DNA of 64,000 bases from an uncultured Methanosarcinales archaeon (GCA_965231065.1 OZ246410.1:193473-257472); one strand, 5' to 3'; counted from the stretch's first letter, positions 1 through 8,160 are shown. Numbers and translations are program-made. Notes: a model not told the origin generated them from the sequence alone.

Positions 1-130
1 GTAACTTTAATTTTGATTTTATATTCGGAACAGTTGCATCTCCGATGAAGACTAATTCAGAATAACCAAGCTGTTCTGCCATCTTGATGAATTCTTTCTC
101 ATCTCCGGAAGAAATAACATACTCTCTCAT
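1..130 (-). CDS. Partial CDS (N-terminus only, MREYVISSGDEKEFIKMAEQLGY...), function unknown; start ATG overlaps the stop of the upstream gene (ATGA)
   Basis: Reverse-strand reading from position 130 gives an open frame running off the window edge; 4-nt start/stop overlap with the TtuA-like gene suggests an operon. Confidence 0.3.
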   Translation of the reverse strand, partial: MREYVISSGDEKEFIKMAEQLGYSELVFIGDATVPNIKSKLKL

Positions 131-1086
131 TGTTTGAGAGTCACCAAACCAGCATCACAGACATTATGCATCGCCTCGAATCGTGCGACCGCTGCATCAA
201 TCTTGAGATTCTTGACAGAAGGATCCTTTACGGCATTCAGAATATTGCATGTCTGACAGAGTTCATGTGAGCTCGGTTCATCGCAGATACTGCATAGTTT
301 TGCCTCGGTAATTGACTTGAAATATGATCGTAATTTCGTATTCTGACTTAGAACATTCCTCACCAGATTGAATTTCTTCTCAGGCATGACTTCAAGTTCC
401 GTATAGAATCTCCTCGAAGCCTTGACCGAGCACGGACACCAGCCGTAATGAACATCAAACTGTTTGATTTTCGAATACCGTTCGACTTCATCCTCGAATA
501 CAAAATACATCGGTTTGACTCGTTTAACGAATGTCTTGCTCGAAATGTTGCTTGTTAATGGACCGACCCGTGCGACTTGTTTCAGATTCCCTCCGAATAA
601 AGTCATGAACATACCATCTGCTTCATCATCGAGGTTATGTCCGGTCAAAAGTATCTGCGCACCGAGTTTCTTGCTGTATTTATTCAGAAGATATCTTCGT
701 AAGGTGCCACAGATACTGCATGACGTCTTGTTGAATCCACGCTCTTCCATGATCGCCATGATGTGGCATAATTTATAGCCGAATTCTTTCTCCAATGAGA
801 TCTCGTGCAGTTTGATATCTTCTTTAGTGCAGAACTTTTTTAGATTTTCGAGACTTTCATCCGAATAGCAGCCGATATGAGCGTTGATCGTTATAGCTTC
901 TACGGGGTAACCGAACTTCTTCATCAGATATAACAATACAGTAGAATCCTTACCGCCAGAAGCGGCGACTAATAATTTCTCGTTTCTGTCAAATAGACCA
1001 AACTCTGAGATCGTTTCCCTGACCCGATTCTCGAAATTTGTTACAAATTCATTATCGGAAAGCCGTTCTGTATCTATATACTCCAC
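127..1086 (-). CDS. PP-loop ATPase of the TtuA/Ncs6 (tRNA 2-thiolation) family
   Basis: SGGKDS PP-loop motif near the N-terminus, C-terminal CxxC...CxxC zinc finger, ~320 aa, as in TtuA/NcsA tRNA thiouridine synthetases. Confidence 0.7.
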   Translation of the reverse strand: MEYIDTERLSDNEFVTNFENRVRETISEFGLFDRNEKLLVAASGGKDSTVLLYLMKKFGYPVEAITINAHIGCYSDESLENLKKFCTKEDIKLHEISLEKEFGYKLCHIMAIMEERGFNKTSCSICGTLRRYLLNKYSKKLGAQILLTGHNLDDEADGMFMTLFGGNLKQVARVGPLTSNISSKTFVKRVKPMYFVFEDEVERYSKIKQFDVHYGWCPCSVKASRRFYTELEVMPEKKFNLVRNVLSQNTKLRSYFKSITEAKLCSICDEPSSHELCQTCNILNAVKDPSVKNLKIDAAVARFEAMHNVCDAGLVTLKQ

Positions 1087-1170
1087 AATATAGTTCCAAA
1101 AAGTACGATATTATAATACTTCGCAAAGATTTTAAAAAGGACAGAGATAATCATGCTCTTGAGGTGATGT

Positions 1171-1512
1171 ATGTTGAAAAAACAGCATTATAGTTGGTTA
1201 TATATTATTTCTGTGTTGATTGCAGTGCTCGCAGCATTTGTGAATATCGCATCAACAACGACCATAGCGACAGTATTGGCAGTGCTTGGTCTGATCATTG
1301 GATTTGCCAATGTACCACGCAAGGAGTCCACTGAATTCCTGACAGCAACTGTTGCTTTGATCGTAGCAGGTATCGCAGCGAAAGGCTTAGAAAACATTGC
1401 GGTCATCGGCGTATTTGTGCCAGGAATCCTGACGAATTTGATAGCATTATTTGCTCCCGCGGCGATTGTTGTTGCGTTGAAAGCATTGAATTCGACAGCG
1501 CGAGAAAAGTAA
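1171..1512 (+). CDS. Small hydrophobic membrane protein (3-4 predicted TM helices), unknown function
   Basis: 113-aa ORF, strongly hydrophobic with Ala/Ile/Val-rich helices; followed by a hairpin terminator. Confidence 0.45.
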   Translation: MLKKQHYSWLYIISVLIAVLAAFVNIASTTTIATVLAVLGLIIGFANVPRKESTEFLTATVALIVAGIAAKGLENIAVIGVFVPGILTNLIALFAPAAIVVALKALNSTAREK

Positions 1513-1521
1513 ATTCTTATA

Positions 1522-1550
1522 ATGGCCCAAAAGGCCATTTATATTGTTTT
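1522..1550 (+). terminator. Perfect hairpin atggcc-caaaa-ggccat followed by a T-rich tract (ttatattgtttt)
   Basis: 6-bp GC-rich palindromic stem at 1522-1538 immediately after the stop codon at 1510-1512, then oligo-T; archaeal terminators are typically oligo-T. Confidence 0.4.
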
Positions 1551-1649
1551 AAATGGTTATTAGATGATTCTTTAAGAAACGGCTTTGACCACAAACCCAC
1601 CAAAAACACGCATAAAAAGTATTTAAACAGAGACTTCATATGAGTTAAT

Positions 1650-1979
1650 ATGTGCATAAAACAGCTCAAGGAAGTCTATAAAAGAGACATCTATAACGAA
1701 AAAAACGTCCATATTCGTGAAAGACATGAAGATAACGTGAAGAAACAAATGGATGTCATTCTTGGCGTCTTATTGGCAGGAGGGTTTACCACTTTTGCTA
1801 AGACCCTAATTAGTTTATTAATATTTTCTTCATTGACAATCTTCCTTCTTGTCGTCTATCTATTCATTACAAACACATATCTCAAAGAGTATGCACGATA
1901 TACTGATGAATTGATAAGAGGAAAAGATGATAAGAAAAAGTCAAAATCTGGATTTTTTAGAAAATTATTTTCAGTTTAA
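1650..1979 (+). CDS. Hypothetical membrane protein (two TM helices, basic C-terminus)
   Basis: 109-aa ORF with hydrophobic segments ILGVLLAGGF... and LLIFSSLTIFLLVVYLF. Confidence 0.4.
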   Translation: MCIKQLKEVYKRDIYNEKNVHIRERHEDNVKKQMDVILGVLLAGGFTTFAKTLISLLIFSSLTIFLLVVYLFITNTYLKEYARYTDELIRGKDDKKKSKSGFFRKLFSV

Positions 1980-2202
1980 CGGTCGTATATTCTCTCCCAT
2001 TATGTTCACTCTTCTTATGATGAATCAGTTCAATAAACCCAAAATAAGCCAGTTCTTCAAGCTGTGTCTTGATTGTCAGATTGTTAGTTCCTGTCTTGGT
2101 CTCTAACTCACGTATACTCAGTTCGCCCTTCCTTAACAGTTCCATAATCTCCTTTTTGATGTCTAGGGCTTTTCTCCGTGCCATGCCACTAATTAATCGC
2201 AA
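1957..2202 (-). CDS. Small winged-helix DNA-binding protein (ArsR/PadR-like size class)
   Basis: 81 aa; helix-turn-helix-like segment LRKGELSIRELETKTGTNNLTIKTQLEEL followed by a beta-wing; a typical small archaeal wHTH. Confidence 0.4.
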   Translation of the reverse strand: MRLISGMARRKALDIKKEIMELLRKGELSIRELETKTGTNNLTIKTQLEELAYFGFIELIHHKKSEHNGREYTTVKLKIIF

Positions 2203-2240
2203 TATTTATATATGACAATGCCACGAATTGATAGCATGAA

Positions 2241-3119
2241 ATGGAGAATTTTAGATTAGGGGTATCTAATTTGACACATAAAAATAAGGAAGATAATTTA
2301 TCAGCGATCAAAGACTACTCCAAAAAGTTCTTTTCAAATCATCACGCCGTCTCAATATTGATTATTGGTGTTGTTCTTGGATCACTCGTTGTCTTTGCTG
2401 TTCCTCTTCCTTATTCTGTTGAAGAAAATTATACAGCAAAAGTTCCATTTACATTTAAAGAGAACTACACGGATAAAGAACCATATTCAGCAAAGGAAGA
2501 TTACGTCGAAATAGAACCATATCAAGCACAAATTCCTTATGTTGAAAAAGAACCTTACGAGGCTACTGAGACATATTCAGAACAAGAACCATACACAGAT
2601 ACAGAATGTCATAATGAGCCATTAGGTCATAATGAAGAACAAACAGTTTGCGATGATTCGGGTTTCTGGAATGATGCACATATTTCAGTCAGAGTGAATA
2701 ATCTGGATACAAATAATGGCGGATCATTCAGCATATGGCTCGGATTCAATCTGCAAACAGGAGGTACGACGGGCGGAACATTCTCCCAATATATACAAGC
2801 AGGAAGCTCGTATACATTTAGCTACACATCGTCTGCCGATACTAATGGATGTACTTATCACATGACTTCAATACCTAGCAAAGAGATTTGTGAACAAGTC
2901 ATCAAATACAGAGATGTTCAGAAGACAAGGACAGTGACTAAATATCGAGATGTCACTAAATATAACACAGTCACTAAATATAGAAATGTCACGAAGCAAA
3001 AGGATGTAACGCTGTACAAAGATGTCACCAAACAAAGGGATACGACAGGTTACAGGGATGAACTGACGGAGAGAACGGTCACAAGATTCTCTACATTGTT
3101 CTCGAGAATGATAGAATAA
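2241..3119 (+). CDS. N-terminally TM-anchored protein with two distinct internal tandem-repeat arrays (five ~12-aa E-x-Y-x-x-x-E-P-Y repeats; C-terminal ~7-8-aa VTKYRDVTK repeats)
   Basis: TM helix AVSILIIGVVLGSLVVFAV; repeats ENYTAKVPF / ENYTDKEPY / EDYVEIEPY / IPYVEKEPY / ETYSEQEPY; C-terminal KYRDVQKTRTVTKYRDVTKYNTVTKYRNVTKQKDVTLYKDVTKQRD; repeat also visible in DNA as gtcactaaatat. Confidence 0.55.
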   Translation: MENFRLGVSNLTHKNKEDNLSAIKDYSKKFFSNHHAVSILIIGVVLGSLVVFAVPLPYSVEENYTAKVPFTFKENYTDKEPYSAKEDYVEIEPYQAQIPYVEKEPYEATETYSEQEPYTDTECHNEPLGHNEEQTVCDDSGFWNDAHISVRVNNLDTNNGGSFSIWLGFNLQTGGTTGGTFSQYIQAGSSYTFSYTSSADTNGCTYHMTSIPSKEICEQVIKYRDVQKTRTVTKYRDVTKYNTVTKYRNVTKQKDVTLYKDVTKQRDTTGYRDELTERTVTRFSTLFSRMIE

Positions 3120-3370
3120 AGCAATGCGTCTAATTTTTCGTAAATTTTAAAAAGGATGCCTCATTAATATGGTATAAAGAGGTTATGGACACTTTTATGA
3201 AAGGACATACTTTAAGAGTACATAATTCTATTCAACTACTCGCAGTAGGCAAGGAAAGCTATATAAGTAAGGTGAATTCCCAGAATTTAGATTGGGGATG
3301 GATAATATTTAATTAAGAAATTTAGACTACTTGCGACATTTATTTCCTTTTCCTTTCACAAAAAAGGAAG

Positions 3371-3445
3371 CGCGCCAGAGGGGATTTGAACCCCCGACCT
3401 TTCGGTTAGCATCCGATTGCACAATCCGGGCTATGCTACTGGCGC
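3371..3445 (-). tRNA. tRNA, 75 nt, hand-folded anticodon GCU (nominally Ser) but with only a 5-nt variable loop; isotype uncertain
   Basis: Minus-strand read GCGCCAG-UA-GCAU-AGCCCGGAUU-GUGC-A-AUCGG-AUGCUAA-CCGAA-AGGUC-GGGGG-UUCAAAU-CCCCU-CUGGCGC-G: 7-bp acceptor, 4-bp D stem, canonical T-loop UUCAAAU, G15/C48, U33, discriminator G73, no encoded CCA. Confidence 0.7.
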
Positions 3446-3466
3446 GTGATTTATTTTGAAAAAATG

Positions 3467-3557
3467 TGCCACCGCTGGGAATTGAACCCAGATCATTGAC
3501 ATGCGACTGTCTATCCAGCTTACAAGGCTGGTACTCTATCCTTTAAGCTACGGTGGC
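3467..3557 (-). tRNA. tRNA, 91 nt, anticodon UGU (Thr) by hand fold, with a 23-nt insertion at the variable-loop position (possible non-canonical intron or long extra arm)
   Basis: Minus-strand read GCCACCG-UA-GCUU-AAAGGAUA-GAGU-A-CCAGC-CUUGUAA-GCUGG-[AUAGACAGUCGCAUGUCAAUGAU]-CUGGG-UUCAAUU-CCCAG-CGGUGGC-A; perfect 5-bp anticodon stem, 7-bp acceptor, T-loop UUCAAUU. Confidence 0.7.
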
Positions 3558-3891
3558 ACAATATTTTCTTTATATGGATTTTAAATTTGGTAATTTAAAA
3601 CCCCCTTTTAGTCTTGCGACTATTTTTCACTTACTCAGTTCTTGCAAATGACCTTCGTTTGCCCTCGCTGAATCAGCGAAAAAATATATTGTTTATGTGA
3701 TACGCAGGATAATTTGTGATAAGGCAAACAGAAGGTGTTCCTTTTAGAAATCACCAAGCTGTTTAGAGTATAAACTCCAATTTTTAGGATGTATTACTCA
3801 TTTATATACCTTATGAATGTATTTTCATAGAATCTGACTATTTATTTACGTAAAATTAGAATTTTGTCGAAATAATCCCGACAGAAAATAA

Positions 3892-4086
3892 CTAATTCTT
3901 CAATTCCCAATAGAGATTATTCGTGCCTCTGCGTTTATTGATATAACCTTTCTTATAGAGGATTTGAAGATTCTTCAAAGCTCCGCCCCAGCTCATCTGA
4001 GTTCCTGTTGCGACCTCATTCGTATTGGATTCTCCTCTATTTCCAAGAAAATGGATGATTAGTTTTTGATTTCGATTAAGATTCAT
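3892..4086 (-). CDS. Small winged-HTH DNA-binding protein
   Basis: 64 aa; HTH-like NEVATGTQMSWGGALKNLQILYKKGYI followed by a basic wing; 4-nt overlap with the upstream AbrB-like gene suggests an operon. Confidence 0.4.
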   Translation of the reverse strand: MNLNRNQKLIIHFLGNRGESNTNEVATGTQMSWGGALKNLQILYKKGYINKRRGTNNLYWELKN

Positions 4087-4337
4087 TCGTTCACAATCTC
4101 CACTTCAAGTCTTTGATGATTATCTTTATCAGAATACACTCTAAACAATAATTTATTTCCTTTCTTGAGCTTCAATCGTCTAGTTATGAACTGCGGTATA
4201 CGACAGAAGAGCTGACCTCTATTCTCACCCAGGATAGCTTCTTCTTGTTCTGGATAATGACCTTCCATGATCGCTTTAATATCACTCTTTCTCTGTTCTT
4301 CGGGTACTTCTTTAATTAATTCTGTCTTTTTCACCAT
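4083..4337 (-). CDS. Small AbrB/SpoVT (swapped-hairpin)-like DNA-binding protein
   Basis: 84 aa; C-terminal segment GQLFCRIPQFITRRLKLKKGNKLLFRVY resembles the AbrB/MazE-type looped-hinge helix motif (RIP...L.L..G..L). Confidence 0.35.
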   Translation of the reverse strand: MVKKTELIKEVPEEQRKSDIKAIMEGHYPEQEEAILGENRGQLFCRIPQFITRRLKLKKGNKLLFRVYSDKDNHQRLEVEIVNE

Positions 4338-4339
4338 TG

Positions 4340-5628
4340 TTATTTATCATATGAATACTTATATTTAAATTTAACTATTTCATATGAAAAATCGGAATGT
4401 TTAAATATATATTCACATTTATCATATGAATAATGAGAAAGATAAAAGAGATCGAATTTGAGATTGAAGTCTCGAATCAGGATATGGAATTTGTTAAAAT
4501 CAGGAAGAAGATTGTCTATGACTGAAATCCAAACACTACTAGAACCAAAGAGAAAGGTCTCATTACCAAAGAAGAGAAGAACCTATCCTCAGAAGTGGCA
4601 TTTCTATTATCAAGCATCACGAACAGAAAAGCTCATGTTCTTCCGAATCATCAAGGACGCTGTCGATTATCTCGATATTGAGGCAAAATACAAGGGAACA
4701 GGCAGACCACCAGCAAATATCAAGGATATTGTGAAAGCTCTCTGTATCAAAGGCTATTGCGGTCTATCGTCATGGAGAATCGAATCTGAATTGAAATTAG
4801 CACAAACCTTTGGAATTATTAATAAGGTCTATAAGCGTTCAGCCTTGAACAATTATCTCAATAACAAATATGTAGTTGAGATTCTGAAAGAACTTCTAAA
4901 GACCATTGCAGAACCATTACAGGAGATTGAAGAGACAGTTGCCATAGATGCGACAGGAATGGCAAGTTCCTATGGGAAAAAGAGATGGGTTGAAGTAAGA
5001 TTAACTCATCGTCTCAGAAAAGACTTTGCCAAACTCCATATAATTTCAGGAGTGAAATCAAATATAATCTTTTCTGCTGATGTTACGGAAGGAACTTCAA
5101 GCGATAGTCCACATCTTAAAGAGTTGCTTGAAGAATTACGATTCAAACCAAGAGAATTTGTTGCTGATGCCGGATACATATCAAAAGACAATGTTATTGC
5201 GATATCTGACAAAGGCATCAAGCCGTTCATCATGCCAAGAAAGAACATAACAGGACAAAGAGGCGGTAGTGCATCATGGAGATACTTAATTCGTCTTTGG
5301 AAAGAAAACAAAGAAATCTTTCTCATGCACTATCACGCAAGATCAAATGTCGAAAGTACATTTAGTATGTTGAAAAGAAAGTTCGGCGACTATGTCAGAG
5401 CAAAGAATATCATCGGGCAGACTGCCGACATATTATCAAAAGTTGTCTGTTTGAATGCAGTCATCCTATCAGAAGCAATGCTAGAATATGGAATTAGGAC
5501 ACGCTTCCAAAATGATGGATTTCCTTACACCCAAGAACAGCCATATAATGAGTTTGTGGTCAAATAGAGCCTTTATGGTCAAAGCCTTAAGAAACAAAAC
5601 GTTTAAATATGGGTATCATTAAAGAGTA
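4340..5628 (+). mobile_element. Approximate extent of an IS element carrying the IS4/IS5-family transposase; ends not resolved
   Basis: Transposase ORF flanked by AT-rich non-coding sequence containing gtttaaatat motifs on both sides (4399-4408 and 5601-5610) and three tcatatgaa repeats on the left; no clean terminal inverted repeat could be defined by eye. Confidence 0.4.
4458..5567 (+). CDS. DDE transposase, IS4/IS5 (DDE_Tnp_1) superfamily
   Basis: 369 aa; IDATG (D1), VADAGY (D2) and C-terminal YHARSNVESTFSMLKRKFG (the Y-x2-R-x3-E-x6-K signature of IS4/IS5 transposases). Confidence 0.8.
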   Translation: MRLKSRIRIWNLLKSGRRLSMTEIQTLLEPKRKVSLPKKRRTYPQKWHFYYQASRTEKLMFFRIIKDAVDYLDIEAKYKGTGRPPANIKDIVKALCIKGYCGLSSWRIESELKLAQTFGIINKVYKRSALNNYLNNKYVVEILKELLKTIAEPLQEIEETVAIDATGMASSYGKKRWVEVRLTHRLRKDFAKLHIISGVKSNIIFSADVTEGTSSDSPHLKELLEELRFKPREFVADAGYISKDNVIAISDKGIKPFIMPRKNITGQRGGSASWRYLIRLWKENKEIFLMHYHARSNVESTFSMLKRKFGDYVRAKNIIGQTADILSKVVCLNAVILSEAMLEYGIRTRFQNDGFPYTQEQPYNEFVVK

Positions 5629-8136
5629 GTGAAAATGTTGGGGCAAAAAAAGTTCATCGGACTGTTAAGTGTATTCTTGATCTTATTCAGCGTATTGCCA
5701 GCATTCGCTTTGCAAGAACAGTTTGATGTTGTCTCGGCAAAATCAATTGCTGCATGTTCAAATGGTGTCACGACAGATTCTATAACCATCAGAAACACCG
5801 GAGACATCGAAAGTGGATTCACTATTTCTGATTCAGGATCTGCTTCTGAGTTCACTACGTTTTCTGAGACATCGGTTTCAGTAAAACCAGGTGAATCAAA
5901 GACTGTATTTGCGTACATGAGTCCGAGTGGCAGAAAAGGCAACTATGATCTTAGCGCTATCATAACCAGTGCATTAGGAGAAAAGAAATCAGTTTCACAA
6001 TCAATTGAAGTGCAGAACTGCGCAAACATGCAAGTCTCGATCAAGACTCCGACAGTCACGGTAAATCCATGTCAGGTCTCTCAGTTTAGCTTCGATATCG
6101 CAAACACCGGTGATTATGCCGAGACATATGACTTCAAGGTCAAAGGACTCGAAGGATACACGACAGTAAGCACTAACAGCATATTCCTTGCTCCACAAGA
6201 GAGAAAGCAGATCGATGTGTTTGTCAATCCTTCCTGTAATATTTATGGACAAAAAGAATTGACATTGCAAACGACAGCACGAACAAGCCAATATGTAGCT
6301 CAAGCACACGTTGTGTTGAATATCCTACAGAATTATGAGTATGCAGTCGCAGTACAACCACAGGTAACTGTCTGTAACGCAAAGCAAATCGCAATTCCAA
6401 TCAGCATCGCGAACAAAGTACCGTTTGTGAATCAATATGACATCACAATCCATGGTCCAAATTTCTTGAAGCAGGAAGCACGACGTGTTGAACTCGGACC
6501 GTACATGAGCGGCATCACAAATCTATTCACCGTCGCAGATCATGCAGGAAGTTACCCGATCGACATCATTGTCAAATCAGTCAGGGGCGATGTCATCAAG
6601 GCAGGAACACAGAATCTTACGGTCGAGAACTGCTACGATGCGAATGTCAATATCGAGAATCCGTCTGATATCGTCATTGCAGGAAACAAAGCAAGCTACA
6701 AGGTCACGATCCTAAATCAAGGAACAAAAACAGACAGTTACACATTCGAACTGAATGCGCCTTCATTCGTTACATTCAGCGGCACGACACTACAGTTGAA
6801 TCCAAAAGAATCAAAGACGCTGACTCTTGAAGCGAATGTGCCTTCGAACGTCACCGGTTCATTTGTTGCAGTCCTGAAAGCAATTTCAAAAGAAACAGGC
6901 ATCGTCAAAGGGGACAAGATACAGATTAGTGTCTTGAGTCCTGACAAGGCATATAGCTTAAAGATATCACCACGACACTTACGAGTCTTATTCGGACAGG
7001 ATGCAGTCATACTTGGTCTGCAGAATAAAGGAATCTTACCAGCGACGTATGATTTCAGCTTGAAAGCACCATCATGGATGAAATTAGCGCAGAATTCCAT
7101 AACACTACAGCCAGGCGAAAAGAAAGATGTCTTTATCGCGACAAGTGCAGACAAGAAGAAGAATCAGGTCGCCAACTACGAAGCATCAGTCACTGCGACA
7201 GTCAAAGGGTCTGTCGGATTTGTCTCTAAATTCAACATCAGTTTACGAGAAGTGACATTGTTACAGGAGTTATATATTTTCTCTGTAAAATACATGTACT
7301 TCTTAATCGCAGGAGCTGTTGTACTCCTTATCTTACTATTCATCCTTATCTTTGGAAACAGAATCGCACGCAGATACAGAGCTTGGAAGATTAAGCGAGC
7401 TGAAATAGCGAAGATCAAGGCTGAATTGAAACAGCGAAGGAAAGAAGAGAAGCTTGCGAAGAAATTGATGAAGGAATCATTGAAACGATCACATCCTTCA
7501 AAATTCTGGAAGCGATTCTTTGGTGTCTTATTCATATTAGTTGCATTAGTATTGCTCACGGGCGCTGTCCTGTATGGAATCGGTTACGGTCCTATTGCTC
7601 AGGAATTCTTCAAACAGAAGCAGGCAGAGACTAAGTTTGCGCCGATCGTCAAGGTCAATACGACAGGATTGGAAGCATATGGCAATACGGTCATCGTACG
7701 AGGCACCGATGATGTCATTGTTCCTATCATCGTCAAGAATAATTTCGATAATGATCTCACCTTTGGTGTCGAAGTCAATCAGAAATGGATCAAGACCAAT
7801 GTTAAGGAGATTCGATTGGAAGCAGGCGACGAAGAAGTCATTAAATTACGAATAACACCGAGCGCGACTGAAGACGGCGTCTATAAGATCAGAGTCTCAG
7901 CACAGCTTGAACAAGAGGACAAGATCTACAACGAGGATATCACGCTCAACATCAGGAAAAAGAATGTACTGAGAGATATATTGAATTATGTACCGTATGT
8001 TGTTGGCGGAATCGTTGTTTTGATCGCTGGCTTATATTTCTATAAGAAACGAAAGAGAGAGTCAAGGGAAGCATTTGCTTCACGAAAGGCAAAACCTGCA
8101 CGGAAGATTGAAGTTTCTTTGCCGAAGAAAAGATAA
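5629..8136 (+). CDS. Large (835 aa) exported membrane/surface protein with signal peptide, at least four CARDB/Ig-like repeat modules, three TM segments and Lys/Arg-rich coiled regions
   Basis: N-terminal signal MKMLGQKKFIGLLSVFLILFSVLPAFA; repeated N-x-G...Y.F modules (SITIRNTGDIESGFTISDSG, SFDIANTGDYAETYDFKVKG, VTILNQGTKTDSYTFELNAPSF, LGLQNKGILPATYDFSLKAPSW); TM helices near residues 545-570, 625-650 and 785-805; K/R-rich stretches. Confidence 0.65.
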   Translation: MKMLGQKKFIGLLSVFLILFSVLPAFALQEQFDVVSAKSIAACSNGVTTDSITIRNTGDIESGFTISDSGSASEFTTFSETSVSVKPGESKTVFAYMSPSGRKGNYDLSAIITSALGEKKSVSQSIEVQNCANMQVSIKTPTVTVNPCQVSQFSFDIANTGDYAETYDFKVKGLEGYTTVSTNSIFLAPQERKQIDVFVNPSCNIYGQKELTLQTTARTSQYVAQAHVVLNILQNYEYAVAVQPQVTVCNAKQIAIPISIANKVPFVNQYDITIHGPNFLKQEARRVELGPYMSGITNLFTVADHAGSYPIDIIVKSVRGDVIKAGTQNLTVENCYDANVNIENPSDIVIAGNKASYKVTILNQGTKTDSYTFELNAPSFVTFSGTTLQLNPKESKTLTLEANVPSNVTGSFVAVLKAISKETGIVKGDKIQISVLSPDKAYSLKISPRHLRVLFGQDAVILGLQNKGILPATYDFSLKAPSWMKLAQNSITLQPGEKKDVFIATSADKKKNQVANYEASVTATVKGSVGFVSKFNISLREVTLLQELYIFSVKYMYFLIAGAVVLLILLFILIFGNRIARRYRAWKIKRAEIAKIKAELKQRRKEEKLAKKLMKESLKRSHPSKFWKRFFGVLFILVALVLLTGAVLYGIGYGPIAQEFFKQKQAETKFAPIVKVNTTGLEAYGNTVIVRGTDDVIVPIIVKNNFDNDLTFGVEVNQKWIKTNVKEIRLEAGDEEVIKLRITPSATEDGVYKIRVSAQLEQEDKIYNEDITLNIRKKNVLRDILNYVPYVVGGIVVLIAGLYFYKKRKRESREAFASRKAKPARKIEVSLPKKR

Positions 8137-8160
8137 CTAAATTCTAAACTTAAAATAAAG

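Noticed and set aside
1188-1538. 116-aa minus-strand ORF overlapping the 113-aa plus-strand membrane-protein ORF at 1171-1512
   Set aside because: The two are mutually exclusive. The plus-strand frame encodes clean TM helices and is followed by a hairpin/oligo-T terminator, so the minus frame is treated as an antisense artefact, although this choice is not certain.
3331-3630. Direct repeats cttgcgac(a/t)ttt at 3333-3349 and 3613-3629 flanking the tRNA pair, considered as possible att sites
   Set aside because: Only an 8-nt exact core plus T-rich tail matches, too short to separate from chance in AT-rich DNA. No integrase is present between them. They are kept only as a note under the islet finding.
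5006-5326. 106-aa minus-strand ORF inside the transposase gene
   Set aside because: Antisense to the DDE transposase CDS, which carries the conserved catalytic signature, so this is an artefact.
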